Below are positions 34,161 to 45,311 of a stretch of 64,000 nt of DNA, piece by piece. The notes under the pieces were generated by a model. The model made no database searches. It was not told the DNA's origin and was given only the letters and a program-made list of their open reading frames with translations. Location of the stretch: NCBI RefSeq assembly GCF_029227855.1, contig NZ_CP074356.1. The stretch is one strand, 5' to 3'. The translations under genes and the position numbers were made by a program. Numbering within the stretch: the stretch's first letter is position 1; every line of letters starts with the position of its first letter. This DNA is from Escherichia coli. Its GTDB lineage: Bacteria; Pseudomonadota; Gammaproteobacteria; Enterobacterales; Enterobacteriaceae.

Positions 34161-35006
34161 TTATTTTCCCGCCTCCGGGTGCGTATCAAACGCCGCCATC
34201 ACCAGCGCTAACTCATCCACAGTAAAGCCATGTTTCACATCATCCACGCCCAGACCAAACTGTTCCTGCATCACGGCATATAACGACGCCACATCTGGTA
34301 GATTTCGCTGTTCCACCGCGTGCCCATTTTCATAATGGGTAAAATGAAAATTGGTCAGCGTTAGCTTGCCGCCGTCCGGCAAATGGCGGCACATCAGCAA
34401 ATGATGGCGAAAATGCGACTGTGGCCAGTGCGCCGACCAGAAATTGCCCATCACATAATCGCTTTGTTGCTGCTCGCAGAGATCAAAACGGTACATCGAC
34501 TGCCAGTGCTGATGATGATTAAACTGCAACACCCAATCATCACCCTCCTGTAACAACCGATACTCTCCGTGTGGCGTGATCTGCACGAGATCGGGAACTA
34601 AACGAATCGGCGCGGTTAGCGTCTGTCCACCGAAACCGACATCAGCAATCCATTTTTCCCCTTCCAGTTCCACCAACAGTAAACGATGGGTGCGCGGCGG
34701 CAATGCTGGCGGATTTGATAACACTACACGACCTAACAAGCTGCGAACGTTAAACCCCAGCTCGCGTAACACCCGCTCAAACACGCCATTCTGCTCAAAA
34801 CAGTAACCGCCACGACGGGCTGTCACCAGTTTCTCTTCCAGCGATTGATCATCAAGCTGTATTTCCCTCGGCAGCAAAACGTCGAGGTTTTCAAATGGAA
34901 TGGTGCAATTGTGTTTCAGGTGCAATGCACGCAGCGTATCAATATTGGCCGCAGCAGCTCCCAACCAGTTAATACGGGCAAAATAGTGATTCAGAATGGG
35001 CGTCAT
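34161..35006 (-). CDS. nhoA: Arylamine N-acetyltransferase (N-hydroxyarylamine O-acetyltransferase)
   Basis: 281 aa; NAT family with catalytic Cys in GGYCFE. Confidence 0.85.
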   Translation of the reverse strand: MTPILNHYFARINWLGAAAANIDTLRALHLKHNCTIPFENLDVLLPREIQLDDQSLEEKLVTARRGGYCFEQNGVFERVLRELGFNVRSLLGRVVLSNPPALPPRTHRLLLVELEGEKWIADVGFGGQTLTAPIRLVPDLVQITPHGEYRLLQEGDDWVLQFNHHQHWQSMYRFDLCEQQQSDYVMGNFWSAHWPQSHFRHHLLMCRHLPDGGKLTLTNFHFTHYENGHAVEQRNLPDVASLYAVMQEQFGLGVDDVKHGFTVDELALVMAAFDTHPEAGK

Positions 35007-35180
35007 CAGGCGTTTCCCTTAGTGGTTTTCTCAACTTATAACCTGGAATAGACGCCGCACTGGCTATTTTGTGCGATCGCGGACATGCATCACGTTCGCA
35101 AATCGCCAATCCCGTTAATTTCGTTACTTATTGCGTTACGAGCTACGCTTTTAAAACACCCTTCATAGCGAGGCGATATC

Positions 35181-35750
35181 GTGAGCCAATTCATTCCCGT
35201 CGAATTACACCATGCCAGCCGTCTGTTAAATCATGGCCCAACTGTCATGATCACCAGTTTCGATGAGCAATCCCAGCGGCGTAACATTATGGCAGCAGCC
35301 TGGTCAATGCCGGTGGAGTTTGAACCGCCACGCGTGGCGATTGTGGTAGATAAATCGACATGGACCAGGGAGTTGATTGAACGTAATGGTAAGTTTGGCA
35401 TCGTTATCCCGGGTGTTGCAGCAACTAACTGGACGTGGGCGGTGGGAAGTGTGTCGGGGCGTGATGAAGATAAGTTTAATTGCTATGGTATTCCGGTTGT
35501 GAAAGGTCCGGTGCTTGGTTTGCCGCTGGTCGAGGAAAAATGTCTGGCGTGGATGGAGTGTCGCCTGCTACCTGCAACTTCCGCGCAAGAAAAATACGAT
35601 ACGCTATTTGGCGAAGTGGTATCTGCAGCGGCAGACGCACGAGTATTTGTCGAAGGCCGCTGGCAGTTTGATGATGACAAACTCAATACGTTGCATCATT
35701 TAGGTGCTGGCACGTTTGTTACCAGCGGCAAGCGTGTTACGGCAGGTTAA
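35181..35750 (+). CDS. yddH: Flavin reductase-like domain protein
   Basis: 189 aa; synteny with nhoA and pptA. Confidence 0.8.
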   Translation: MSQFIPVELHHASRLLNHGPTVMITSFDEQSQRRNIMAAAWSMPVEFEPPRVAIVVDKSTWTRELIERNGKFGIVIPGVAATNWTWAVGSVSGRDEDKFNCYGIPVVKGPVLGLPLVEEKCLAWMECRLLPATSAQEKYDTLFGEVVSAAADARVFVEGRWQFDDDKLNTLHHLGAGTFVTSGKRVTAG

Positions 35751-35753
35751 GCA

Positions 35754-35984
35754 TTACATGCTGTAACCGGGTTTCTTTATCAAAGCCTCCATTTGGGGCT
35801 CGATTTCGGCATCCCAGATAGCTTGCCAAGATTCTGGTTGAATCTGCTGTAGAGAAATGCTTATCGAGCTATCTTTACTGTTCAGATGGCGAATAATAAC
35901 GTCGGTAATATCTGCAGCAAGTGCTGCTTTTTGTTGTTCGTCCAGTTCACGCGGAAAACATTTAATGTCTATGTGCGGCATGAT
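35754..35984 (-). CDS. pptA: Tautomerase PptA (4-oxalocrotonate tautomerase family)
   Basis: 76 aa from [13 protein letters not shown] with Pro at position 2 (catalytic Pro1 after Met removal). Confidence 0.8.
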   Translation of the reverse strand: MMPHIDIKCFPRELDEQQKAALAADITDVIIRHLNSKDSSISISLQQIQPESWQAIWDAEIEPQMEALIKKPGYSM

Positions 35985-36286
35985 TGTGCTCCTTTTGAAA
36001 GATGTCAGTAAAATTAACACACGTTGTGAATGTCGTGTGTCCGGTAATGCGTTTTTACGGCAATAATGCCTACTTGAAATTGTACATATTTGTACTACAC
36101 ACTTTTAAATAAAGCGCCAATGAAAACGTTAACTTGCAGAATATATTCTTCGCCAACATGCCATTAAGAAAACATCAAGTTCCCGGCTTGCCAATTTGTT
36201 AACGCCCATTATAGTTATTCTTGCCCTCACTAAAAATTTTCATCCGTAATTACCCCCAATAAAAATCCATTCTGGAGACGCTTAAG

Positions 36287-38263
36287 ATGCAGCTTAATCA
36301 TATCGTTAAAAGTCTGCTAATAACGGGATTATTCACCACCAGTTCTTTACCTCTCCTCGCGGCGGAAGCTCCTAAAGACGCCACCGCAGCCACGCAACAA
36401 GCAAACAATTTACTCTACAACCAGTTGCCGTTTGCCGATAACACTGACTTTACTGATGCCCATAAAGGTTTTATTGCCCCTATCCCTCAAGACGTGATTA
36501 AGGGCGAACAAGGGAATGTTATCTGGGATCCACAACATTACGCTTTTATCAAAGAAGGCGATAAAGCCCCTGATACGGTGAATCCGAGTTTATGGCGTCA
36601 GGCGCAACTGATAAATATCAGCGGGTTATTCGAAGTAACTGAAGGTGTCTATCAGATTCGCAATCTCGATCTATCAAATATGACCATCATTGAAGGCAAA
36701 GAGGGTATTACCGTCGTTGATCCCCTTGTTTCAGCAGAAACAGCCAAAGTGGGTATGGATCTCTATTACAAAAATCGCGGCAAAAAACCGGTAGTGGCGG
36801 TTATCTATACACACAGTCATGTCGATCACTACGGTGGTGTTCGTGGCGTAATTGATGAAGCTGACGTTAAATCAGGCAAAGTTAAAATCTATGCGCCAGC
36901 CGGATTTTTGGAGGAAGCCGTTTCCGAAAACATCATGGCTGGCAATGTTATGAGCCGACGAGCCAGTTATATGTATGGCAACTTATTGAAACCTGATGTT
37001 AAAGGCCAGGTGGGGGCTGGACTGGGAACGACTACTTCAGCAGGAACAGTCACGTTGATTGCTCCTACTAACTACATCACCAAAACCGGACAAAAAGAAA
37101 CTATTGACGGGTTGACTTATGATTTCCTGATGGCGCCAGGTTCTGAAGCGCCTTCTGAAATGCTGTGGTTTATTGAAGAAAAGAAACTGATCGAAACCGC
37201 TGAAGATGTCACGCACACCCTTCATAACACCTATTCGCTGCGTGGGGCTAAAATTCGCCAACCGCTGCCGTGGTCAAAATATATTAATGAAGCTCTCAAT
37301 TTGTGGGGTGATAAAGCCGAGATTATTCTCGCTCAACATCACTGGCCAACCTGGGGCAACGATAACGTGGTCAAACTGCTTAAAAGCCAGCGTGATTTGT
37401 ATCGTTACATCAATGATCAAACTCTGCGCATGGCTAATCAAGGGATGACCCGTGATGAAATTGCCGCAAACTTTAAACTGCCCTCTTCACTGGCTAACAC
37501 CTGGGCGAATCGCGGCTATTACGGTTCGGTAAGTCATGACGTGAAAGCAACTTACGTGCTTTATCTCGGCTGGTTTGATGGTAACCCCGCGACGCTTGAT
37601 GAACTGCCGCCAGAAGAAGGCGCAAAAAAATTCGTCGAGTATATGGGCGGTGCTGATGCCATTTTACAGAAAGCCAAACAGGATTATGACCAGGGTAATT
37701 TCCGCTGGGTTGCCCAAGTTGTTAGTAAGGTGGTGTTTGCCGATCCAAACAACCAGGCAGCGAGAGATCTGGAAGCTGATGCGCTTGAGCAGTTAGGCTA
37801 TCAGGCTGAATCTGGGCCGTGGCGTAATTTCTATCTCACTGGTGCACAGGAATTGCGTAATGGCGTACAAAAATTACCAACACCAAATACTGCCAGCCCA
37901 GACACCGTGCGTGCGATGACGCCGGAGATGTTCTTTGATTATCTTGCCGTCCATATTAATGGTGAGAAAGCGGCAGATGCCAAAACCGTGTTGAATTTCG
38001 ATTTTGGTGAAGATGGCGGCACCTATAAAGTGGAGCTTGAAAATGGTGTTCTCAATCATACCGCTGGTGTAGAGGCTTCGGATGCTGATGCCACTATCAC
38101 TCTGTCTCGTGATGTATTGAACAAAATTGTACTGAAAGAAGAGACGCTGAAAGAAGCCACGGCCAAAGGAGATGTCAAAATTACTGGCAATGAGGAAAAA
38201 CTCAACGAGCTGTTAGGTTATATGGATAATTTTGAATTTTGGTTCAATATAGTGACACCATAA
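36287..38263 (+). CDS. Secreted MBL-fold alkyl/aryl-sulfatase-like protein (SdsA1/YjcS-like), accessory
   Basis: 658 aa; signal peptide; metallo-beta-lactamase zinc motif YTHSHVDHYGG; family assignment by recalled similarity. Confidence 0.55.
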   Translation: MQLNHIVKSLLITGLFTTSSLPLLAAEAPKDATAATQQANNLLYNQLPFADNTDFTDAHKGFIAPIPQDVIKGEQGNVIWDPQHYAFIKEGDKAPDTVNPSLWRQAQLINISGLFEVTEGVYQIRNLDLSNMTIIEGKEGITVVDPLVSAETAKVGMDLYYKNRGKKPVVAVIYTHSHVDHYGGVRGVIDEADVKSGKVKIYAPAGFLEEAVSENIMAGNVMSRRASYMYGNLLKPDVKGQVGAGLGTTTSAGTVTLIAPTNYITKTGQKETIDGLTYDFLMAPGSEAPSEMLWFIEEKKLIETAEDVTHTLHNTYSLRGAKIRQPLPWSKYINEALNLWGDKAEIILAQHHWPTWGNDNVVKLLKSQRDLYRYINDQTLRMANQGMTRDEIAANFKLPSSLANTWANRGYYGSVSHDVKATYVLYLGWFDGNPATLDELPPEEGAKKFVEYMGGADAILQKAKQDYDQGNFRWVAQVVSKVVFADPNNQAARDLEADALEQLGYQAESGPWRNFYLTGAQELRNGVQKLPTPNTASPDTVRAMTPEMFFDYLAVHINGEKAADAKTVLNFDFGEDGGTYKVELENGVLNHTAGVEASDADATITLSRDVLNKIVLKEETLKEATAKGDVKITGNEEKLNELLGYMDNFEFWFNIVTP

Positions 38264-38309
38264 ATTTACTGCATACCGGGCAGGTATCCTGCCCTTTTTT
38301 GGTTAAAAA

Positions 38310-39407
38310 ATGGCTGAACGAAGAAAAACTCATCACTCATGGAAAACCCGCCGCAATATGGTTATTCGCGGCATGACGATTAGTTTGCCATGGTTTGCTT
38401 TTATCAATGTCAGTTTTGCATTGATAATTTTGCTGCGCCGTGTTCTGTTTAATGACCTTACTCCACCCTGGTTAAATGAAAAAAGCCTTATACATTCTAT
38501 TGATATATCTGCAACGGGTATTCTGCTGATTTGCAGTGGTTTACTACTCATCCCTCGGCAAAAAACATTACCTATCCAGGTGCTATTAGTTGCCCTGAGC
38601 CTGCTATGGTCATGGTGTAGTTATCACTTTATTGCGTACTGGACGCTGCAGTTTGCTTATCCACTATGTGTATTATTAATGCTTAGTGGCGTTGTCGCAA
38701 TTTATTTCCATACCCCATCATTGCTCGCATTTGTCATTCCCTTATGGTTCACCACTCCAATAGCGAGTCTTATGCTTAATCAACAGATCAATATTCATTT
38801 TGCTGTTGTATGGTGTATTTTTTCACTGGCGCTATATGGTGGGCGACTCATTTTGTTACGTTGGTTTGAAGAAGCATGGGTACAAAACAGTTATAACAAC
38901 CAGTTAATTAATCGCCTTGATGCATTAGCACATCGTGCTCCTTTAACTGGGATAGCAAACCGACGTGCAATGAACAGTATCTTACACGACACGATGGATA
39001 ACGGCGGGTCATTTGCTCTTATTATGCTGGATGTCGATTTTTTTAAACGTTACAACGACACTTACGGGCATCCTGCTGGGGATCGTTGTCTAATACAAGT
39101 TGCCGACGCTCTACAGCGTTCAACTCGCCAGTCGGAGGATGTTGTTGTCCGTTATGGTGGCGAAGAGTTTGCCATCATACTTTTTAATGCAACATTGCCG
39201 GAAGCAGAGACGGTAGCAGCCAGAGTGAAGCAAGAACTTAAACTGGCAGCTATCCCACATCAGGCATCTGCTGTTAATGCATTCGTTACGGTTAGTCAGG
39301 GGATTACCTGTTCTGCTCCCGCAAAAACGGCTGAACAAATTATTTCAGATGCCGACGCTGCGTTATACCGGGCGAAAGAAAGTGGGCGAAATCGATGGGC
39401 TTTATAA
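38310..39407 (+). CDS. Membrane-anchored diguanylate cyclase (N-terminal multi-TM domain + GGDEF), accessory; start codon uncertain
   Basis: About 200 aa hydrophobic N-terminal half then GGDEF domain with RYGGEEF active site; the residue at the I-site Arg position is Gln (QSED). Confidence 0.65.
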   Translation: MAERRKTHHSWKTRRNMVIRGMTISLPWFAFINVSFALIILLRRVLFNDLTPPWLNEKSLIHSIDISATGILLICSGLLLIPRQKTLPIQVLLVALSLLWSWCSYHFIAYWTLQFAYPLCVLLMLSGVVAIYFHTPSLLAFVIPLWFTTPIASLMLNQQINIHFAVVWCIFSLALYGGRLILLRWFEEAWVQNSYNNQLINRLDALAHRAPLTGIANRRAMNSILHDTMDNGGSFALIMLDVDFFKRYNDTYGHPAGDRCLIQVADALQRSTRQSEDVVVRYGGEEFAIILFNATLPEAETVAARVKQELKLAAIPHQASAVNAFVTVSQGITCSAPAKTAEQIISDADAALYRAKESGRNRWAL

Positions 39408-39480
39408 GCATTAGGGGACTGGACAGATTACGTCTCTCCTCGCTTAACAAGGGCTGACGGAGGGTAATAATTGTCTATAG

Positions 39481-40032
39481 CTATCTTCTTAGCGATGTCT
39501 TTCTGGTATCACATTGGGTCGGTGCAATTATTTTTCCTTTAATACCCATTATGTTAAGAAATTCAGAAACAGCTGTAATCTCATTGTTTTTTTCATTCGT
39601 CTTGATCTTCCAAGGAATCTGACTGTGCATTATTGAGAACACACTAATAACGTGAATCGCTCCCTTGCGACGACTCTTGTCATAAGAGTACCGGAGCGTT
39701 TTTCCATCAATTGCAATGACGTCTTTATCATCTGAAGAATGGCAGTCAAGCATCCAGTTAATAAAGCACTCATGAAATTTTTCAGGACTGATACAGGATA
39801 CAACTCTGGCAATGGTATCGTGAACAGGAATACCATTATCAAAATCACCATATTGCTTCAAAAAATCGAGATGTGTTTCCCCAAAATCCTCTATATCTTC
39901 CCAGCCTTCTGCACCCGAAATAATGGCACAAATAGTCAACAGTAGAATATCCGATAATTTATGTTCCACTTTCCAGGCTTGTCTGTAATCGGGGGTAATA
40001 GAAATATGTTCCATCAATTTTTTAAATTCCAT
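39481..40032 (-). pseudogene. H-repeat-associated (ISAs1-family) transposase, N-terminal fragment (183 codons), truncated at its junction with the cyclase island
   Basis: Near-identical over about 170 aa to the N-terminus of the full-length H-rpt ORF at 46075..47211, then diverges into a short unrelated tail. Confidence 0.7.
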
Positions 40033-40160
40033 TTTGTTCTCCTTAATTATGTAAGGAGTATTTGATCATGTATAAGCAATAAAAAACAGCTTTAGGTAAT
40101 GAGGAATATCTCAATTTTTAAACATAAAATGCGAATTATTTAGTACAAAAAAGCAGCGTT
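39481..40160 (-). repeat. Direct repeat copy A (H-rpt 5' region plus N-terminal coding part), paired with 46660..47340
   Basis: Matching strings include ccattttgttctccttaattatgtaaggagtatttgatcatgta and ctcaatttttaaacataaaatgcgaattatttagtacaaaaa. Confidence 0.6.
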
Positions 40161-40617
40161 ACGTGATCTTTCCGTGGATCGTCAAATTGTTCGAGAGAAA
40201 ATACCAACATGATGGATTTTACTGTAAAAGTAATGTCGTAGTTTAAAAACTCATCATCCGGTAAAGCCTTGTGGGGCGTGGGCTTTCATACTTTTACCCT
40301 GATGTCTGCTATACGCCGGACACCCTTTACGTAGCATTCGGAATTCACCCGTAAATTTATCACGGCGGTATCACGAAACCTCCGGTTCTGATGCCGCTTA
40401 GGACTAACGACACGTCAACACAGGTTCGGGTTTATTCATTTCACTGTATCTCATATAATCTGAGCACTCCCCCTGCGCTCGCTACTATGACTCTTTACCA
40501 CAGCAACCGGGGTTGTTTGGGATCGGCTTTCAACAGCAGATCCCGGTGGCTATTGCAAGTAAGTCTACTTTCCACATCAGTGTTACTGACACAGAAAATA
40601 ATGAGTTATGATCCTTG

Positions 40618-41103
40618 TCATATTTTTAATATAGCCCCATGAGCTATAGGATCAAAACCTTCTAACCATGAGGTGTTTTTATCGAATAATGCACCTGTTA
40701 TATTTATATCGCCATATCTATCACATAATAAATTAGCGCCACATAAGTCAGCACCAGAAAAATTTGAATCTTTAACGTCTGCATTGCAAAAGGTTGAATT
40801 AGTTAATATAGCACCCTCAAAGTTTGCACCTATTGACCTTGAATTACTAAAGTCACTTCCAGTGAAATCTGAGTTATTAAGAATAGCGTTCATCAGAGCC
40901 GCATTGCGAAAGACAGCATTTCTAGTTGATGTATGTTGAATCATTACATTTCTTAAATGGGAATTTTCAAATTTCGCCCCATCAAGACAATAACCATTGA
41001 GGATGGCACGATGTAGATCCATCCCGCTAAAATCATATCCAGCAAGAGTGGTACTATCTATATCAAGAAATTTATTGGTTATTAAAAACGCGATTCTTAT
41101 CAT
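40618..41103 (-). CDS. Pentapeptide-repeat protein, putative immunity protein for the rhs2 C-terminal toxin
   Basis: 161 aa with about 20 tandem pentapeptide repeats ([25 protein letters not shown] ... [10 protein letters not shown]); start overlaps the rhs2 stop as ATGA. Confidence 0.6.
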   Translation of the reverse strand: MIRIAFLITNKFLDIDSTTLAGYDFSGMDLHRAILNGYCLDGAKFENSHLRNVMIQHTSTRNAVFRNAALMNAILNNSDFTGSDFSNSRSIGANFEGAILTNSTFCNADVKDSNFSGADLCGANLLCDRYGDINITGALFDKNTSWLEGFDPIAHGAILKI

Positions 41104-44100
41104 CTATTCCCCCAATCATCTAACTCCGGAAAAATTTGGCTAAACGGATATAGTGGTGCCGATAATGGACGCGTACCTGGCCGCTCAGGAGGAAGTTTAT
41201 CACATAACAGACCCGCAACCATCCTGTGATTACCATTAACAATCACATTCCCATCCATATCAACCGGTGGTGCTCCACTACCATCTTCCAGCATTTGTAC
41301 GTAGTGAGCTACTACGGGTACTGAGACTTTTTGTTGTACTGTCAACAAGGGACTGTTGGCCACAACCATCCTGATGTTTTCAGGTGTCGCAGGTAAACAT
41401 TTAGTCTTCTCTTGACTAAAGGTATCATCCCACAATTTTGTTAAACCCATCACTGCCTGTTGTCTGTATTTATCCATGGGGTCAGCAATCAACCAAGATG
41501 GACCTGACTGCTCTATGGAATCTTCTCCGGAGAGACCCAACGGATCTATCTTAGTAGTTGGATTCAATGGATACTGATACAGGTTCCATGCACCTCTTAG
41601 CCCAATGGGATCCTGGGTGATATACCGCCCCTGCAACGGGTCATAGTACCGGTTGCGGTTATAGTACAGCCCCGACTCCTCATCATACTGCTGCCCCGGC
41701 AGACGGTACGGCTGTTGCAGTTGCTGCGCGCTGGTTTCGCCCAGCAGGTTTCCCCACTCGTCATACTCCCCCTGCCACGCCGTTTCCCCTACCGGGCTGA
41801 TGAGCGCCTGCGGCAGCCCCCGGTGGTCGCAGTGGTAAAGATGAAGTGTCCTCTCCGGGATGTATTCCGCCTCCATCTGGTTTTTCATCTGTTCCGCCGT
41901 CAGCCCGCACTGCTGAAGCCATGCCTCACTCTCCGCACTCACCGCACCCGCGCGCAGTTCCCGCTCCAGCCTCCCCAGCATCACCGACAGCTCCGCCGGT
42001 AGCGTCACCCCCGTGTCCTCCTGCAACACCTCCGCCAGACTCCGGTGCCGCGCCTTCGCCTGTTCACCATTCTCTGTTTCGATTCTGATGAGCGGCGTGA
42101 AGCTCCCCGGCTGGTATACCGTCTGGATACGCGTGGTGCCGGTCTGTACCGTCGTCAGCCTGTCACCGTCCCACCCGTACCAGGTCTCCTCCGGTTTACG
42201 CGACAGCGACATCCACCCCGTCAGGTCACGCTCCCGCCGCCACACCCGTTTCCCCGTCCGGCGGCCCAGCGGGTCATAGAGGTAGCGGCTCTCCACCTGT
42301 GGTTCGCCGTGCTGTATCCGCGTGTAGAACACCAGGCGGTGCTGGCTGTCGTAATGGTAGTGGTGGGTCCGCTCGTCGTGCATCCGGATAACCCCTTCCG
42401 GGATACGATCCGTCTTCTCCGCCAGCCTGCCGTATTCATCGTGGCGGTAGACATAGTGCGCATCCTCCGCGATGCGGTTATCCGGCCACGCCGTGAAGGT
42501 GCTGTCCGGGTGCAGTTCCGGGTCCGGCAGCCGGTTTCCTGCCGGGTCCGTCGCATACGGGATATCGATATCCAGGTTCGCCGCCGTGGTGTGAACGCCC
42601 GTCAGTCTTCCCGTGTCGCTGTAACGGTACTTCCGGCTCTCCTGCGGGCCGCTGATGCGCACCAGTTGCCCGTTATCGTTCCACGTATACTCACGGTCAA
42701 GCTGCGGAAGGTTCAGGTGCCTGCTCCGGAGCTGCCCTGTGAGGGTGTACGCCATGGCCTGTTCGTACCCCGCTGTACTGCCCGCCCCGCCGAAGCTGCG
42801 GGCCGTCTCACGGTGCAGCCGGTCCCGCGTGTACTCGACCAGCGGCGTTCCGCCCAGCTTCATCCCCGCAAGATAACCGCTGCCATACGTCAGCCACTCC
42901 ACCGGCGGCAGACCGTCCGGCTCCTGACGGGTCGCCAGCCCCTGTTCGCTGTAGACGTGCCTCGTCTCATGCTCCCACAGCATCTCCCCCGTCTCCTGGT
43001 TCTCCACCGTCTGCCGTTCGCCCGTCAGGCGGCCTTTATCGTCATAGCCGTAGTGGACCGCCACACGGTGGCCTTCGCTCAGGTGGCTGATTTCTGTCAG
43101 CCAGCCGTGGTCGTCATACTGCCACTGCTCCGCCGGGTCGCCGTTCACCGTCCGGTGCGTGATGCGCCCGGCGTCATCGTAGTACCACTGCGTGACCTGC
43201 CCCTCATCCTCGCTGCGGATGAGCTGCCCTGTGGCGCTGTACCGGTAACGCTGTGTCCTGCCGTCAAAGCCGCGCTGCTCCGTCAGCCTGTCCACCGGGT
43301 CATACCGGAACGTGGACTGGCTGCCGTTCTCGTTGGTCAGCACGGTGATGCGCCCGGCGGCGTCATACTCCATGCTGCGCGTCAGTCCGCCCTGCGTGGT
43401 GCTGACGGCCTTTCCCCACGCATCATACTGTGTCTCACTCCGGCTGCCGTTCGGGGCAATGATAGCGGTGAGGTCGCCTGCGGCGCTGTACTCATAACGG
43501 GTTTCACGTCCCTGCGCATCCTTCTGACTGACCAGTTGACCACGCGGGTTATAACTGCTGTAAGTGCTGATGCCTTCCTCCCGGTGAACCGCCGTCCTCT
43601 GACCGTACCGGTCGTATTCATACCGCGTCGTGTACCCTGAACAGTCCGTAAATGCCTGAAGCTGACCGTACCGGTTTCGCGTTATTCTCCGCCTCACCCC
43701 GGTTCCGTCTTCCACCGCACAGGGCAGGCCACTGCGGGAAGAATCATAAAACCAGCGCGTAATGTTACCGTTGCGCGAGACCTCTTCCGCCAGCCTGCCC
43801 TGACGGTCATATTTCCGGCTGCGGCGCAGCCCGTCCGGGTACGTCACTGACGTCAGTTGCAACTGGTTGTTGTAACCATACCGTACCGTCCTGCCGTCCG
43901 GCAGTATCACTGAAGTCAGCTTTCCCGACGCCATATGCAGCCGGTACTCCGTCCGCCGTCCCGCCGCATCCGTCTGCGCCTTCAGCCTCCCCGCCTCATC
44001 ATACTCGCTGCGGGTGATGCTCCCGTCCCCATGCTCCTTCTTCACCACCCGCTTCAGGCCGCCCTCGCCCTCCGTGTACAGCACCTCCCGCCGGTTCAGG

Positions 44101-45311
44101 CTGTCCGTGATGGTCACGCGGTCCTGCCCGTACTCAAAGCGGTAGTCCAGCCCCTCCGGGTTGACCTGCTCCGTCACCCGACCGGTATCATCATACCGGT
44201 AGCGGCTCTCCGGCCTCCCCGCATAATGGTGCGCCACCATCCGCCCGGCGTGCTCCGCATCATAAGTAAACCCGCGCACCTGCGTCCCGCTGCGGTCATA
44301 CACCGCCCGCAGTTCTCCGCTGGCCGTGTACGTGTAGCGCGCCAGCGGCGCAGTCGGCAGTTCATCCAGGTATGCCAGGTCGTGTGTCAGCCATACCGCC
44401 TCCAGCCGGATACCGTTATCGGCACCGTACTCTGTACCGGTGGGCAGCGTGTCGGGGAAAACCTGAGAAGAGGAAACAGAACGGGGACTGGCCGGAGAAG
44501 ATAAAGAAGAGGCGCGCTGTTTACGGAAGGCTTTCGCCCGCTGCGCCTGTGTGGTCAGCGCCAGATGAAAACGGCGGCCCGCGCCGTCCGTCACCCCCGT
44601 CACCGCGCCCGCCGCTTCCCCCTCTGCCGCCCGGTGGAAGGCCAGCGTCCGCCCGAAGCTGTCCACCACGCCCGTCAGCACCCGGTATGCGGGCGGCTCC
44701 GGCGGCAGCACCTCGTCCGCCTCCGGCACCCGCTCCGGCCAGCCGAGTATCCACCACGGCCCCTGAAGGCTGTTTGTCGCCAGGTACACATGCGGGCTTA
44801 AGCGGAGACTCTCCGGCAGCACCTGCCAGAGCGCGCTTAGCGGCTGCGAACTGTGCTGCTCCGCCACCCCGCCCCTTGCCAGCCAGAACGACTCGCTGCG
44901 GCTGTAGCTTATCTCGCCGGGAAACAGCGGCTCAAAGTGAATGCTCCTGCCGCCACTGTCGTTGAGTATCAGTTCCCGCTCATGAACCTGTAAGCGGATA
45001 TCGAAGGGCGCTTTCCAGCCGGGACCAAACACCCCCACCGGCGCGGGTGTTCTGGTCCGGTAGCTGCTGTAGGCGCGGGAAAGAATAAACGGCAACGGGC
45101 CGGGCAGCGCAAGATCCGTCTCGCCCGGCAGCACCTTCGCACCCAGTAGCGGGTTCACCGGGTTACCCTTCTGCTCCTCCACCGGGCTGTTGGGACACAC
45201 CGAGCAGGCCACTCCCGTCGGCGCACCTATCAGCACCCCCGCTGAACCCTGCACAATATCCAGTCCCTTGCGGGTCATATCGCCCTGTCGCGCCGCCGGT
45301 TTTCCGCTCAT
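41100..45311 (-). CDS. Full-length Rhs polymorphic toxin (PAAR-like N-terminus, YD-repeat shell, DPxGL cleavage motif, unassigned C-terminal tip)
   Basis: 1403 aa intact ORF; N-terminus [12 protein letters not shown]..; many YD repeats; ...[16 protein letters not shown]...IDPLGL followed by about 145 aa of sequence unrelated to rhs1. Confidence 0.9.
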   Translation of the reverse strand: MSGKPAARQGDMTRKGLDIVQGSAGVLIGAPTGVACSVCPNSPVEEQKGNPVNPLLGAKVLPGETDLALPGPLPFILSRAYSSYRTRTPAPVGVFGPGWKAPFDIRLQVHERELILNDSGGRSIHFEPLFPGEISYSRSESFWLARGGVAEQHSSQPLSALWQVLPESLRLSPHVYLATNSLQGPWWILGWPERVPEADEVLPPEPPAYRVLTGVVDSFGRTLAFHRAAEGEAAGAVTGVTDGAGRRFHLALTTQAQRAKAFRKQRASSLSSPASPRSVSSSQVFPDTLPTGTEYGADNGIRLEAVWLTHDLAYLDELPTAPLARYTYTASGELRAVYDRSGTQVRGFTYDAEHAGRMVAHHYAGRPESRYRYDDTGRVTEQVNPEGLDYRFEYGQDRVTITDSLNRREVLYTEGEGGLKRVVKKEHGDGSITRSEYDEAGRLKAQTDAAGRRTEYRLHMASGKLTSVILPDGRTVRYGYNNQLQLTSVTYPDGLRRSRKYDRQGRLAEEVSRNGNITRWFYDSSRSGLPCAVEDGTGVRRRITRNRYGQLQAFTDCSGYTTRYEYDRYGQRTAVHREEGISTYSSYNPRGQLVSQKDAQGRETRYEYSAAGDLTAIIAPNGSRSETQYDAWGKAVSTTQGGLTRSMEYDAAGRITVLTNENGSQSTFRYDPVDRLTEQRGFDGRTQRYRYSATGQLIRSEDEGQVTQWYYDDAGRITHRTVNGDPAEQWQYDDHGWLTEISHLSEGHRVAVHYGYDDKGRLTGERQTVENQETGEMLWEHETRHVYSEQGLATRQEPDGLPPVEWLTYGSGYLAGMKLGGTPLVEYTRDRLHRETARSFGGAGSTAGYEQAMAYTLTGQLRSRHLNLPQLDREYTWNDNGQLVRISGPQESRKYRYSDTGRLTGVHTTAANLDIDIPYATDPAGNRLPDPELHPDSTFTAWPDNRIAEDAHYVYRHDEYGRLAEKTDRIPEGVIRMHDERTHHYHYDSQHRLVFYTRIQHGEPQVESRYLYDPLGRRTGKRVWRRERDLTGWMSLSRKPEETWYGWDGDRLTTVQTGTTRIQTVYQPGSFTPLIRIETENGEQAKARHRSLAEVLQEDTGVTLPAELSVMLGRLERELRAGAVSAESEAWLQQCGLTAEQMKNQMEAEYIPERTLHLYHCDHRGLPQALISPVGETAWQGEYDEWGNLLGETSAQQLQQPYRLPGQQYDEESGLYYNRNRYYDPLQGRYITQDPIGLRGAWNLYQYPLNPTTKIDPLGLSGEDSIEQSGPSWLIADPMDKYRQQAVMGLTKLWDDTFSQEKTKCLPATPENIRMVVANSPLLTVQQKVSVPVVAHYVQMLEDGSGAPPVDMDGNVIVNGNHRMVAGLLCDKLPPERPGTRPLSAPLYPFSQIFPELDDWGNR
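41500..45311 (-). repeat. Rhs core, direct repeat with the rhs1 core at 48540..52088
   Basis: Long near-identical protein stretches between the two rhs ORFs (e.g. [54 protein letters not shown] in both), same strand. Confidence 0.7.

Noticed and set aside
42045-44965. Plus-strand ORFs of 531, 197 and 189 aa inside rhs2, rich in Pro/Arg/Ala
   Set aside because: Antisense to the intact 1403-aa Rhs ORF; the composition is the signature of the opposite strand of GC-rich YD-repeat DNA. The same applies to the 48.6-51.8 kb plus-strand ORFs inside rhs1.
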